64,000 nt of DNA, from assembly GCA_049287305.1 (NCBI GenBank), contig JBAQFO010000012.1, positions 89,768 to 153,767 of the forward strand, in the 5' to 3' direction. Below the pieces are notes generated by a model. It was not told the DNA's origin. It worked only from the letters and a program-made list of their open reading frames with translations, and searched no databases. Positions 38,900-48,604 of the stretch are shown one piece after another; the stretch's first letter is position 1, and the number at the start of each line of letters is the position of its first letter. Origin of the DNA: Minisyncoccia bacterium. Lineage in GTDB: Bacteria; Patescibacteriota; Minisyncoccia; Phycocordibacterales; UBA9973. Position numbers and translations under genes: made by a program.

Positions 38900-39652
38900 T
38901 TACCACCATTTAAATAGTTTCGATATAATATTTTTGTGGTCCTGATTTGTTGCGTATTTATTTTTAACGTATTTATATTCTGTTCTTTTAATGAAGCGAT
39001 TTAAATGATTGGTTGTTTGGTATTTTCCTATACCTATGACAACATTTATTTTGTTTAAAATTGTTGGTTCACCATATTTTTCATAAAGTCTTCTATAATA
39101 GTCGCAATCTAGTAACCAAGTAAGATTTTCATCAAAGAAGATAAGGTCTTCGTTTTTAATTGTAAGTACTGACGGTGATCCTATTGTATTTTTACCCATA
39201 TAGATTTTATCATTATAAGTAGGGAAATGGAGGTTTATTATCTTTCCGTCACCCTCATCATGCCCGCACCCAGTAACCAGCCAGTTCCCTTTGAAGTTGT
39301 CTACGATATCCTGCAGAGAGTTTTCACTAGCTAAATAATCATCCAAGTATAATATCTTTATTAATTCACCACTTGCTTTCTTGACGGCCTCGTTTGTATT
39401 TTGCGATATTCCCTTTTTTACGGTTTTGTTGTTCTTGGTATATTTAATATCCAAAGATCTATATTTTTCATTTTCACAAATATTTTTTATTACATCATCC
39501 TCGGAATTATCCGTTATGACAACTTCAAAGTCTTTAAATGTTTGTCCAAGAAGTACATTGAGATTATTGGGTAGAAAACTACTAGCCATACCATGCATTT
39601 CGTAGGTGGGGATACAGATACTAACTTTTTTTGTTTTATTGTTTGTATTCAC
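38900..39652 (-). CDS. family 2 glycosyltransferase
   Basis: VSICIPTYEM...VVITDNSED and a DD motif. Confidence 0.8.
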   Translation of the reverse strand: MNTNNKTKKVSICIPTYEMHGMASSFLPNNLNVLLGQTFKDFEVVITDNSEDDVIKNICENEKYRSLDIKYTKNNKTVKKGISQNTNEAVKKASGELIKILYLDDYLASENSLQDIVDNFKGNWLVTGCGHDEGDGKIINLHFPTYNDKIYMGKNTIGSPSVLTIKNEDLIFFDENLTWLLDCDYYRRLYEKYGEPTILNKINVVIGIGKYQTTNHLNRFIKRTEYKYVKNKYATNQDHKNIISKLFKWW

Positions 39653-39653
39653 G

Positions 39654-40538
39654 CTACTTATAGGTTTTTTTAATTCCTTCTTCTAAAGTAATACTTGGTT
39701 TCCATCCTGGGATTACCTTTCCATTGTTCCAAGGATTCATGTTTTCACGTTCTCTGTATGTTTTTTTGCCCCAGCGGATGTTTAATGTTCTACCTGTTAT
39801 TTTTTCAAAAAGGTGAGCAAGCTTTTTTAACGACATTCTTTTGGGTGATTTTACAACATAAGATTTTCCCGAAAACTTTCTTTGCTTATCTGTTGATAAC
39901 AACATAATCATTTGTAAAAAAGCGCTAACCACGTTTTCTACATGAGTTATATCAAGGATCTGTTTACCAGGAGACATGTCCAGGACTTCACCAGATCTAC
40001 TTATTTTATCCCAAACATTCAAGAGCTTTGGTCTTGAATCGTTTGGGCCAAAAGTATCATTCAATTTTATGGTTACAAAATTTATATTTGAACTTTCTGC
40101 GTAATATTTTGCTATATCTTCAAAGGCTTGTTTGGTGGCACTATATAGGTTGATCGGGGAGTAATCTTTGCCTCGGTAATGTTGCCAGAAAGTACCAGTA
40201 TTTATGAACCATTTTACGTTACCTCTGACCGAAGCTTCTAAGACCAAAGAACCAAGATAGACGTTTGAGTCAATTAAATTTTTTACGTCTTCTGGGTTGT
40301 GTTGTGTCAAAAACAAAGAAGCCAAATGGATAACCCCATCGATTTTTTCGTTTTGCATAAACGAAATAAAATTTTCAATATTTTTGTCTAAAACGTGATA
40401 TTTTATATTTTCCTTGATTAAAAAGTCTTTGTTGGTAGATGGTCTTACTAAGGCGTATAAAATATAACCTCTTTTTTTAGCTTTCTTGATCAAATTTTTT
40501 CCTACAAATCCTGTTGCTCCTGTTATGAGTATTTTCAT
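39654..40538 (-). CDS. NAD(P)-dependent sugar-nucleotide reductase/epimerase (RfbJ/RmlD-like 4-reductase)
   Basis: MKILITGATGFVGKNL. About 290 aa, adjacent to the CDP-sugar genes. Confidence 0.6.
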   Translation of the reverse strand: MKILITGATGFVGKNLIKKAKKRGYILYALVRPSTNKDFLIKENIKYHVLDKNIENFISFMQNEKIDGVIHLASLFLTQHNPEDVKNLIDSNVYLGSLVLEASVRGNVKWFINTGTFWQHYRGKDYSPINLYSATKQAFEDIAKYYAESSNINFVTIKLNDTFGPNDSRPKLLNVWDKISRSGEVLDMSPGKQILDITHVENVVSAFLQMIMLLSTDKQRKFSGKSYVVKSPKRMSLKKLAHLFEKITGRTLNIRWGKKTYRERENMNPWNNGKVIPGWKPSITLEEGIKKTYK

Positions 40539-40544
40539 AGTATA

Positions 40545-41111
40545 TTATTTACTTTCATTAAGCATAAAAGGGGAGTCAAACTCACTTAAATTTTGTAGCT
40601 CTTGATCTCGTTTTGAAACTATTGGATTTGCAACTCGCCAGTCCATACCGAAAGAATTAAAGTGGATGCCGTCTTCATTTTTTTCTGATCTTGCTTTTTC
40701 TTGTAGATATATGACACAAGAATTGTCTTCTAGGGACAGAAATCCATGCGCGCACCCCTTGGGCATGTAAATTATTTTGTGATTTTTTTTGGACAATTCT
40801 AAGGAAGAACATTGACCATATGTCGGAGAATTTTTTCGCAGATCTATTACTACGTCTAAGATAGATCCATGAGTGACATATACAAGCTTGGCATGATCTG
40901 ATTCATTTTTCTGGAAGTGCATGCCCCTAATTACGTTCTTGTTTGATATAGAATAATAATTCTCTTCAAAGCTTGAAATCAGTCCATTTTTTATAAAAAA
41001 ATCTTTATTGAAAGATTTTACAAGAGAACCTCGATCATCTTCAAAGGTGTCGGGTTCTATGATATATACTCCGGATAATTTTGTGTCTACGATTTTCATA
41101 TTTTTGTCCAA
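40545..41111 (-). CDS. NDP-4-keto-6-deoxyhexose 3,5-epimerase (RmlC-like cupin)
   Basis: RmlC fold motifs (IIEPDTFEDDRGSLVKSF, HGFL). Confidence 0.75.
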   Translation of the reverse strand: MDKNMKIVDTKLSGVYIIEPDTFEDDRGSLVKSFNKDFFIKNGLISSFEENYYSISNKNVIRGMHFQKNESDHAKLVYVTHGSILDVVIDLRKNSPTYGQCSSLELSKKNHKIIYMPKGCAHGFLSLEDNSCVIYLQEKARSEKNEDGIHFNSFGMDWRVANPIVSKRDQELQNLSEFDSPFMLNESK

Positions 41112-42196
41112 TCAATATTTAACCTCTTTGCATTTTCTATGTAATCTTTCAAATCTTTTTCGCTTAAAACAATATTATTTTCATAATAACTTTTATACCA
41201 ATTAATTGTTTTTGATATTGTGTCTTCGTATTCCCATACACTCTGCCATTTTAATAACGAACGTGCTTTTGAGGAATCTAATTTTAAAATATTTGCTTCA
41301 TGTAAATTATCAGCATTTGTTTTTAAATCAATTTTTATTGCACCCCAGTATTTTTGAGCATGTTCAATGATTTTTTTTACTGATAGTATAGATTCTTCCT
41401 TGGGTCCAAAGTTCCAATTGTCAGCATATTCTTTTTCCCCATTCAATAGTTTTGCTCCGAGAGATAAATACCCACTAATCGGTTCTAGAACGTGTTGCCA
41501 TGGGCGTACTGAGTCAGGATTTCGAATCACGGACCCATTACCTGCTACTGTTGATTTTATTATATCTGGGATGAGTCTATCTTGCGCCCAGTCTCCGCCA
41601 CCTATAACATTACCTGCTCGCACATTAGCTAGAAGGGTAGTGTGAGTCTTGCCATATTCGTCTAGAGAAAAGAATGATTTTCTGTATGAATTTGAAACTA
41701 TTTCAGCTGCACCCTTGGAAGCACTATAAGGATCATTTCCCCCCATCGGGTCGCCTTCAGTGTATGGCTTCCCGTCTTCTTTATTCTCATAACACTTATC
41801 GCTAGTAATATTTACTATAACTTTTACAGTTTTTAATTTCCTACAACTTTCTAAGATATTTATCGTTCCAAGTATGTTTGTCTCAAATGTTTCTGCAGGA
41901 ATGGTATAAGATCTTCTGACTAGTGCTTGAGCGGCCATATGAAAAATTATTTCGGGATTGTGCTCTTTGATTATTTCAAAAAGTTTATTTTTGTCTAATA
42001 CATCCCCTTTTACGGAAGTCATTTTCAAGTTTAATAATTCAAAATGATTAGGCTCTGAGGGGATATCTATCGAATAACCTATAACCTCTGCTCCAAGCTT
42101 AGTAAGCCAGAGAGCGAGCCAAGAACCTTTAAACCCAGTATGCCCGGTTATTAAAACTTTCTTTCCTTTGTAAATATTATTAAAGAGATTATCCAT
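41096..42196 (-). CDS. rfbG: CDP-glucose 4,6-dehydratase
   Basis: KKVLITGHTGFKGSWLALWL and YSASK active-site residues. Confidence 0.85.
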   Translation of the reverse strand: MDNLFNNIYKGKKVLITGHTGFKGSWLALWLTKLGAEVIGYSIDIPSEPNHFELLNLKMTSVKGDVLDKNKLFEIIKEHNPEIIFHMAAQALVRRSYTIPAETFETNILGTINILESCRKLKTVKVIVNITSDKCYENKEDGKPYTEGDPMGGNDPYSASKGAAEIVSNSYRKSFFSLDEYGKTHTTLLANVRAGNVIGGGDWAQDRLIPDIIKSTVAGNGSVIRNPDSVRPWQHVLEPISGYLSLGAKLLNGEKEYADNWNFGPKEESILSVKKIIEHAQKYWGAIKIDLKTNADNLHEANILKLDSSKARSLLKWQSVWEYEDTISKTINWYKSYYENNIVLSEKDLKDYIENAKRLNIDWTKI

Positions 42197-42914
42197 TTTT
42201 TTTATCCCCCAAATTTTTCCAGAAAGCCTTACCTTCTGCCCATATTTTATTTAAATGTTTTAGATCTCTTTCTGTGTCCACACATTCCCAATCACCTAAA
42301 TGTTTGTAAACCATAATTTGTCCTTGTTCCGCCAATTTATCAAAAGCCCCGTACTCTAAATCGCAATTTTCGTCTTCCGTTAGGTGTTCTAACAGTTTCT
42401 TATTAAATACAATAAAACCTCCCGAGATAAGTCCGGAAGAAGCTTGTGGTTTTTCTTTAAATGAAAGCAGTTTACCATCTTTTTCAATTAATTCTCCAAA
42501 TCGAGATGGTGGGCGAACTCCAGTTATTGTTAACATATTTCCGTGAGCTTTATGGAATTTCACAAGTTCATGTATGTTAATATTCGCTACTCCGTCTCCG
42601 TAGGTCAACATGTGAGTATCATCATCCTGCAAATATTTTTCTAGTCTTTTTAATCTACCCCCCTTTAGGGTGTTTAGCCCTGTATCAACTAAGGTAACAT
42701 TCCAGCCATGACTAGTATCTTTGAAATGTTCTTCAATGACCCCTTTTTTATATCCAAGTGCTAGGATAAAATCTTTGTATCCATGATCTGCATATATTTT
42801 CATGATATGTTTTATGATTGGTTCATCGCCAATACGTACCATGGGTTTTGGCATATCACTAGTAATACTTCCCAAACGCGTACCATATCCTCCAGCTAAA
42901 ATAATGACTTTCAT
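42189..42914 (-). CDS. rfbF: glucose-1-phosphate cytidylyltransferase
   Basis: MKVIILAGGYGTRLGSITSDMPKPMV. Confidence 0.85.
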   Translation of the reverse strand: MKVIILAGGYGTRLGSITSDMPKPMVRIGDEPIIKHIMKIYADHGYKDFILALGYKKGVIEEHFKDTSHGWNVTLVDTGLNTLKGGRLKRLEKYLQDDDTHMLTYGDGVANINIHELVKFHKAHGNMLTITGVRPPSRFGELIEKDGKLLSFKEKPQASSGLISGGFIVFNKKLLEHLTEDENCDLEYGAFDKLAEQGQIMVYKHLGDWECVDTERDLKHLNKIWAEGKAFWKNLGDKKNG

Positions 42915-42924
42915 GCGAATATAT

Positions 42925-44142
42925 TTATTTATATTTTGATAAAAATTCTACAAATTTTTCTTTTAAGTATTTTAACTGTTCTTTTTTTAGGCCATGATGT
43001 GAGGCAACCACGAAAGCATTTGCCATTATATTTTCTGTATTTGGATATGTTTTTTGAGCTAAACGGTGTGGGATTTTTTCATATCCTGGTTGTTTTAAAA
43101 TATTGCCAGTGAATACTGGACGAGTTTGTATGTTGTTGTTTTCTAGAAAAGTTATTAATTCTAGGCGAGTAAATGGTGCATCTTTATTGATTATGAAAGG
43201 GAAGGCCAGCCAGATGGTTTCTGTATTTGGAGTTTGATTAGATAGAGTGAAATATTTGGTGTGTTGGCTGAAAAATTTATATAAATCAGCGAAATTTTCT
43301 TTGCGAGCCTTGGCAAATTTTGGAAGTTTTTTTAGTTGCTCTAAAGCGAAAGCAGAGGAGAGCTCGAGTGGCAAGAAATTGTATCCAATTTCACTAAATA
43401 TAAATTTGTTATCATAAGGTATTCCGGAAAGTTTACTTTTAAATCTATTTGTTAAAAGTTCTGAATTTGCTTTTTCTCCAAATAGAGATGACTGTCTTCC
43501 CCAGCCACGCAAAACTACTAATTGATCAACCCATTTTTTGTCATTTACACAGACCATTCCGCCACCTCCGGCGCCATTGATAATATGCGAGCCGTAAAAG
43601 CTGGTAGTGGTGATGTGGGAATATTTTCCTGTTGGATTGTTTTTATATTTACCTCCAAGAGTATCACAAGAATCTTCGATGAAATATAAATTATGTTTCT
43701 TGGCAATTTTGGCTAATCTTTCTAGGTCTGGAATATTGCCCATCAGTGAGGGAATCATCAAGGCTTTTGTTTTCTTTGTTATTGATTTTTCTAATTGATA
43801 AATATTAATCAAAAATGTGTTTGGATCTACATCTATAAAAACAGGAACTAAACCTTTTTGAACTATTGGAGCTACTGTCGTTGCAAATGTAAGTATCGGG
43901 GTGATGACCTCGCTCCCTTTGGGTAAATTTAAAATTTCAAAAGCAAGGAGATTTGCAGAAGATCCAGAATTTACCATAACTCCATATTTTTTACCAAAAA
44001 GTTTTGCTATTTTTGATTCGAATTCCTTTGTTTTATCACCTAAGGCGGTGTTACCCTCTAGAATTTTTACAACCGCATTGATCTCTTCTTTTCCATGAAC
44101 AGAAAATCCATAGGGAACTCGGATATTATTTTTTTTCATCAA
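42925..44142 (-). CDS. rfbH: DegT/DnrJ/EryC1-family enzyme, CDP-4-keto-6-deoxyglucose 3-dehydrase (E1)-like
   Basis: The SFYGSHII segment has His where aminotransferases carry the PLP-binding Lys, as in E1 dehydrases. Confidence 0.65.
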   Translation of the reverse strand: MMKKNNIRVPYGFSVHGKEEINAVVKILEGNTALGDKTKEFESKIAKLFGKKYGVMVNSGSSANLLAFEILNLPKGSEVITPILTFATTVAPIVQKGLVPVFIDVDPNTFLINIYQLEKSITKKTKALMIPSLMGNIPDLERLAKIAKKHNLYFIEDSCDTLGGKYKNNPTGKYSHITTTSFYGSHIINGAGGGGMVCVNDKKWVDQLVVLRGWGRQSSLFGEKANSELLTNRFKSKLSGIPYDNKFIFSEIGYNFLPLELSSAFALEQLKKLPKFAKARKENFADLYKFFSQHTKYFTLSNQTPNTETIWLAFPFIINKDAPFTRLELITFLENNNIQTRPVFTGNILKQPGYEKIPHRLAQKTYPNTENIMANAFVVASHHGLKKEQLKYLKEKFVEFLSKYK

Positions 44143-44355
44143 AATTTATAGGCTTTAATATTATTAAAAAATTACTTTACTTGAGATAAATTTAACATAA
44201 ATTAAGTCAATAATCAATGACATAAAAAGTGTCTTATAAGTAAGTGTAAATGGACCGATCAGCTTAGAAGCTGGCTCGGTCCATTTTAGGCGTCCTCACT
44301 AGCGTAGTGGACATCACGGCTGGATTATCCTCTCGTCTTGATTTTCTAGCTAATG

Positions 44356-45360
44356 TTACTTTTCGTGTTTATTGCAATCTAAGTATTTTTTTGAAATGAT
44401 TTTCTGCCACCAAGGCTTGTTTTCTTCATACCATTTAATGGTCTTTTGTATTCCTTCTTCAAAAGATACAGAAGGGCTCCATCCTAATTCTCGGGTAATT
44501 TTTGAATGATCCATGGCATAACGCATATCGTGCCCCCTACGATCTTCTACGAAAGTTTGTAAACTTTTCGGTTTATTTAGCAGGTTCAATATGGTATCAG
44601 TAATTTCAAGTCCATTTTTCTCTGAATCTCCCCCGATGCAATACGTCTCTCCTATTTTGCCTTTGTGGATTATTAAATCAAGAGCTTCACAATGATCTAT
44701 GACATACAAATAGTCTCGCACAGCTTTACCTTTACCATAAACAGGCAAAGGTTTGTTTTCAAAAGCATTAGTTATAAAAAGTGGGATTATTTTTTCCGGA
44801 AACTGGAACGGGCCATAGTTATTTGTACAGTTTGAAATTGTGGCAGGGAAATTGTATGTTTCAATGAAAGCCCTGACTAGGTGATCTGAGCCAGCCTTTG
44901 ATGCGGAGTAAGGGGACCTAGGAGAATACGGAGTATTCTCCTTAAATTTTTCTCCCGGTTTGTCGAGCGACAAGGTGCCGAAAACTTCGTCGGTGGATAC
45001 GTGGTGAAATCTTTTTAAATTAAACTTTCTTGCAGTTTCTAACAACACCAGTGTGCCTTTGACATTGGTTTCGACAAAATCTTCTGGGTTCTCAATTGAC
45101 CTATCCACGTGGGACTCGGCGGCAAAATGAACCACCAAATCACATCCCGTCATTGCTTGCATAACTATTTTTCTATCGCAAATGTCGCCGTGAATAAATG
45201 TATAATTTGGGTTATTCTCTATGCTTTTTAAATTGTCTAAATTTCCAGCATAGGTTAGTTTGTCTAGGTTTACTACCTCGTAGGTAGGGTATTTATTCAT
45301 CATATAGATGATAAAGTTTGAACCTATGAATCCAGCTCCACCCGTGACTAGAATTTTCAT
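44356..45360 (-). CDS. rfbB: dTDP-glucose 4,6-dehydratase
   Basis: MKILVTGGAGFIGSNF and YSASK. The start ATG at 45358-45360 overlaps the stop of GIY-YIG copy 3. The longer track ORF to 45465 is that upstream gene read in another frame. Confidence 0.9.
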   Translation of the reverse strand: MKILVTGGAGFIGSNFIIYMMNKYPTYEVVNLDKLTYAGNLDNLKSIENNPNYTFIHGDICDRKIVMQAMTGCDLVVHFAAESHVDRSIENPEDFVETNVKGTLVLLETARKFNLKRFHHVSTDEVFGTLSLDKPGEKFKENTPYSPRSPYSASKAGSDHLVRAFIETYNFPATISNCTNNYGPFQFPEKIIPLFITNAFENKPLPVYGKGKAVRDYLYVIDHCEALDLIIHKGKIGETYCIGGDSEKNGLEITDTILNLLNKPKSLQTFVEDRRGHDMRYAMDHSKITRELGWSPSVSFEEGIQKTIKWYEENKPWWQKIISKKYLDCNKHEK

Positions 45361-45629
45361 CACGTATGAAATAGGAATCGTTTTAAACGAGAATTTAAAT
45401 ATCTTCTCCCCATTCCTGTTTTTAAATATAATTCTCTCGACCGAGCATCGTCTGCGTTTAGACATGCCTCATAGTACATAATCTTATATGGTCCACGTCC
45501 TTTTGTATATGTTGACTTACCTTCATTGTGCTGTTTAAAACGCTTCCGTAATTCACTCGTATATCCAATATACCACTTATTATTCTTTTGACTTTGTAAA
45601 ACGTAAGTATAGAACATATTAGATTTCAT
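45360..45629 (-). CDS. small stand-alone GIY-YIG nuclease-superfamily protein, copy 3 (probable start at MFYTY, 45617)
   Basis: MFYTYVLQSQKNNKWYIGYTSELRKRFKQHN; STYTKGRGP and ARSRELYLK are shared with copy 1. The direct repeat CGTGACTA occurs at 45343-45350 and 45631-45638. Confidence 0.75.
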   Translation of the reverse strand: MKSNMFYTYVLQSQKNNKWYIGYTSELRKRFKQHNEGKSTYTKGRGPYKIMYYEACLNADDARSRELYLKTGMGRRYLNSRLKRFLFHT

Positions 45630-45635
45630 ACGTGA

Positions 45636-46181
45636 CTAAAAGTTAATATCGCAATCTTTTAGAAAGGGAGCGTCTTTGTCTCTATCTATTAATAGGGGAT
45701 TCATGTCTCCCCAATCTATGCCAATATCTGGATCGTCAAAACGGATACTTCTTTCGGATTGCTTATCGTAATCATTGTCAACCTTGTATATGAATTCGGT
45801 ATTGTCTACCAAAGTTAAAAAACCATGAGCAAAACCACGAGGTATATAAAGCTGTTTTTTATTTTCTTCGGTTAATTCTATAGAATACCACTCTTTATAT
45901 GTGGGGGAATTTTTTCTTAAATCCACGGCTACATCTAGGACGGCTCCTCGCGTACAGCTGACTAGTTTGGCTTGAGAGAAAGGAGCATTCTGTAAATGAA
46001 GCCCCCTGAGGGTTCCCTTCATTTTACTAAAAGAACGATTGTCTTGGATAAAGGCAGAACTTATTCCAGCTTCCGCTAGCCTCTTCTGATTGTAAGATTC
46101 AAAAAACCACCCACGGGTGTCTTCAAATATATCCGGTTCAATCACTAAAACATCTTTTATTTTTGTTGGAGCAATTTTCAT
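45636..46181 (-). CDS. rfbC: dTDP-4-dehydrorhamnose 3,5-epimerase
   Basis: RmlC motifs (VLVIEPDIFEDTRGWFFE, HGFL). Confidence 0.9.
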   Translation of the reverse strand: MKIAPTKIKDVLVIEPDIFEDTRGWFFESYNQKRLAEAGISSAFIQDNRSFSKMKGTLRGLHLQNAPFSQAKLVSCTRGAVLDVAVDLRKNSPTYKEWYSIELTEENKKQLYIPRGFAHGFLTLVDNTEFIYKVDNDYDKQSERSIRFDDPDIGIDWGDMNPLLIDRDKDAPFLKDCDINF

Positions 46182-46191
46182 GAAATTTAAT

Positions 46192-47091
46192 TTAAAATAT
46201 CTTTTTAGGATTATTTTCTTGAGCTACTCTCATAAGGTGTTGTCCGTATTGTGATTTTTTATATTGCTTGGCTACTTTAAGTAAATCATTTCTGGTAATC
46301 CAACCGTTTCTGAAAGCTATTTCTTCTAGGGCAGCGATTTTAGTATTTTGCCTTTCCTCTATTATTTTGACAAAATCATTGGCATCCATCAGGGAACTAA
46401 TCGTGCCAGTATCCAGCCAAGCAAATCCACGACCCAGCAATTCAACATCTAAATCTCCAGCATTTAAGTATAGCTGGTTAATATCTGTTATCTCCAATTC
46501 TCCGCGGCCGCTTGGTTTGATTTTTTTAGCAAAATTTATAACTCTATTATCATAAAAATAAAGCCCAGTCACGGCGTAGTTGGACTTGGGATTTTTCGGC
46601 TTCTCTTCTATGGAAGAAACTTTACCATTTTTATCAAATCCGACGACACCGAATCTCTCTGGATCATTTACATAATATCCGAAAACAGTTGCTCGATTTT
46701 TATTCTCTACGGCTTCTTTTAAGGTTTTCACTAAGCCATTTCCATAAAAAATATTATCACCTAGTATCATGGCGACGTTACTCTTGCCAATAAATTTTTC
46801 TCCGATGATAAAGGCTTGCGCTAGGCCGTCGGGGGAAGGCTGTTCGGCGTAGGATAGTTTTAATCCAAAACTTTCACCGGTGCCTAGAAGTTTCTTGAAA
46901 TTTGGCAAGTCGCTCGGAGTTGAAATAATTAAAATTTCTCTAATACCAGCGAGCATCAGAATAGAAAGTGGGTAGAAAATCATCGGCTTATCGTATACAG
47001 GCAAAAGCTGTTTACTCATGGCTATCGTCAATGGATATAGCCTGGCGCCACTCCCGCCTGCTAATATTATGCCTTTTGTGTTGTTTTTCAT
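46192..47091 (-). CDS. rfbA: glucose-1-phosphate thymidylyltransferase
   Basis: [17 protein letters not shown]. Confidence 0.9.
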   Translation of the reverse strand: MKNNTKGIILAGGSGARLYPLTIAMSKQLLPVYDKPMIFYPLSILMLAGIREILIISTPSDLPNFKKLLGTGESFGLKLSYAEQPSPDGLAQAFIIGEKFIGKSNVAMILGDNIFYGNGLVKTLKEAVENKNRATVFGYYVNDPERFGVVGFDKNGKVSSIEEKPKNPKSNYAVTGLYFYDNRVINFAKKIKPSGRGELEITDINQLYLNAGDLDVELLGRGFAWLDTGTISSLMDANDFVKIIEERQNTKIAALEEIAFRNGWITRNDLLKVAKQYKKSQYGQHLMRVAQENNPKKIF

Positions 47092-47150
47092 TGAGATATA
47101 TACTTTAATTTTCCTATTATAATACAGATTTATAAAAATTTCTACTCATA

Positions 47151-48602
47151 TTAACTCTTGACCATTTCTCTTAAATCTTTAAAAATTGACTCTTTCAGTA
47201 ATAAAAGAGTAGCGAAATATATTACTGCTGATACTAAAATATTGAACATAACACCAACTTCCAAATACTTAAGAATAAAAATAAAACATACCATAACCAA
47301 AGTTGCCAAAATGGATTTTTTCAAATTTCGTAGGACCGTAAAGTCGTTTATTTTCTTTAATTTTACCCAAATAAAAATAGTAATGGTTCCAGTGGAGACG
47401 AGGGTGGCTACGGCGGAGCCGACCGCTCCAAATTTTGGGATGAGGAGTAGGTTGAACAAAGCATTCGCCAGGATTCCGAGCGTGTATGCTGGAGCAAGAT
47501 TGCGCTGTTTGTTGTGAGCAAAAATTGCATTAGATAATAGCACGAGAGGGAAAGAGATTAATAACATCAACATAAGTACACGGAATATCGGTATGGCGCC
47601 TACATAACCCTGACCAAAAACTTTTAAAATTATCTGGTCGGCGAGAAATATTCCACCGAGGGCTATAGGAATTCCTATTAGGAAAATCATAGAAAGGGTT
47701 TTTTCTAAAAGTACTCTAAATTGTTGTTTGTCTACATTCACTAAGCGGGACATCAAAGGGAATACGGCAACGGCAATAGTGGAAGGTATAATTATAATAA
47801 ATTGTTGAATTCTCTGGACCGAAGCGTAGAGACCGATTTCTTCTGCATTTTTCCAAATACCAAGCATATATATGTCTATGTTTCCCATTATTACTCCTAT
47901 CAAAGTAATGAATACAAATGGCCAAGTCGTTTTTATGATTACTTTAAATATTCTTAAGTCTACTTTTGCAAGTAAAACCTTGAGTTCTTTTCTGATAAGG
48001 ATTGCTATAGCAATGAACCCAATGGCGCTTCCGATAGCGTAAGCTAAAGCGATTGATTCTGGAGCCAATTTTATTTTTAACAACATTACACCTAAGAAAA
48101 AAATGGCAGCATTGGTAGTTACTTTTACCACCATATCTCGTTCCATTTTTTCTGAAGCTCTGTTTATAGAAAGGCCGAGCTCTCGCATGGAGTCAAAGAA
48201 TAAAATAAGTGCTACTAAGAAGAAAAGAGAATTTGCTTGTGGAATATGCGATATAAACGGACTTGCGAAAATTACTAAAAAAGTACTGATCACGAGGACT
48301 ATTATCTTCAGCAATAATGCCGTGGAGATGAAAGTCTGATGTCCTTCTTTTTTTTGCGTTATTTCTCTAATCATAAGCTCACTTATTCCTATGTCTCCAA
48401 ACATAGTTAACAAAGAAGCTACAGATATAGCATAAGAGAACAGACCCCAGCCGCTCGCGCCCAAGACTCTAGCGGCGTAGACTATCAATCCCATTTTTAA
48501 TAAACGGCCGGAGGTTTCACTCAAAAAAAGCCAAAAAGTATTTTTTACTATAGTTTGCTTAGTGTTTGTATTTTGAAAGAAGAAAGCTTTTAACTTTTCC
48601 AT
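47151..48602 (-). CDS. wzx: polysaccharide flippase (Wzx/PST family)
   Basis: About 14 TM helices and PST-family architecture. Confidence 0.7.
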   Translation of the reverse strand: MEKLKAFFFQNTNTKQTIVKNTFWLFLSETSGRLLKMGLIVYAARVLGASGWGLFSYAISVASLLTMFGDIGISELMIREITQKKEGHQTFISTALLLKIIVLVISTFLVIFASPFISHIPQANSLFFLVALILFFDSMRELGLSINRASEKMERDMVVKVTTNAAIFFLGVMLLKIKLAPESIALAYAIGSAIGFIAIAILIRKELKVLLAKVDLRIFKVIIKTTWPFVFITLIGVIMGNIDIYMLGIWKNAEEIGLYASVQRIQQFIIIIPSTIAVAVFPLMSRLVNVDKQQFRVLLEKTLSMIFLIGIPIALGGIFLADQIILKVFGQGYVGAIPIFRVLMLMLLISFPLVLLSNAIFAHNKQRNLAPAYTLGILANALFNLLLIPKFGAVGSAVATLVSTGTITIFIWVKLKKINDFTVLRNLKKSILATLVMVCFIFILKYLEVGVMFNILVSAVIYFATLLLLKESIFKDLREMVKS

Positions 48603-48604
48603 AT

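Noticed and set aside
44356-45465. Longer rmlB ORF starting at 45465 (369 aa)
   Set aside because: The extra 35 N-terminal residues are the 3' end of GIY-YIG copy 3 read in another frame. The conserved MKILVTGGAGFIG start at 45360 is the real rmlB start.
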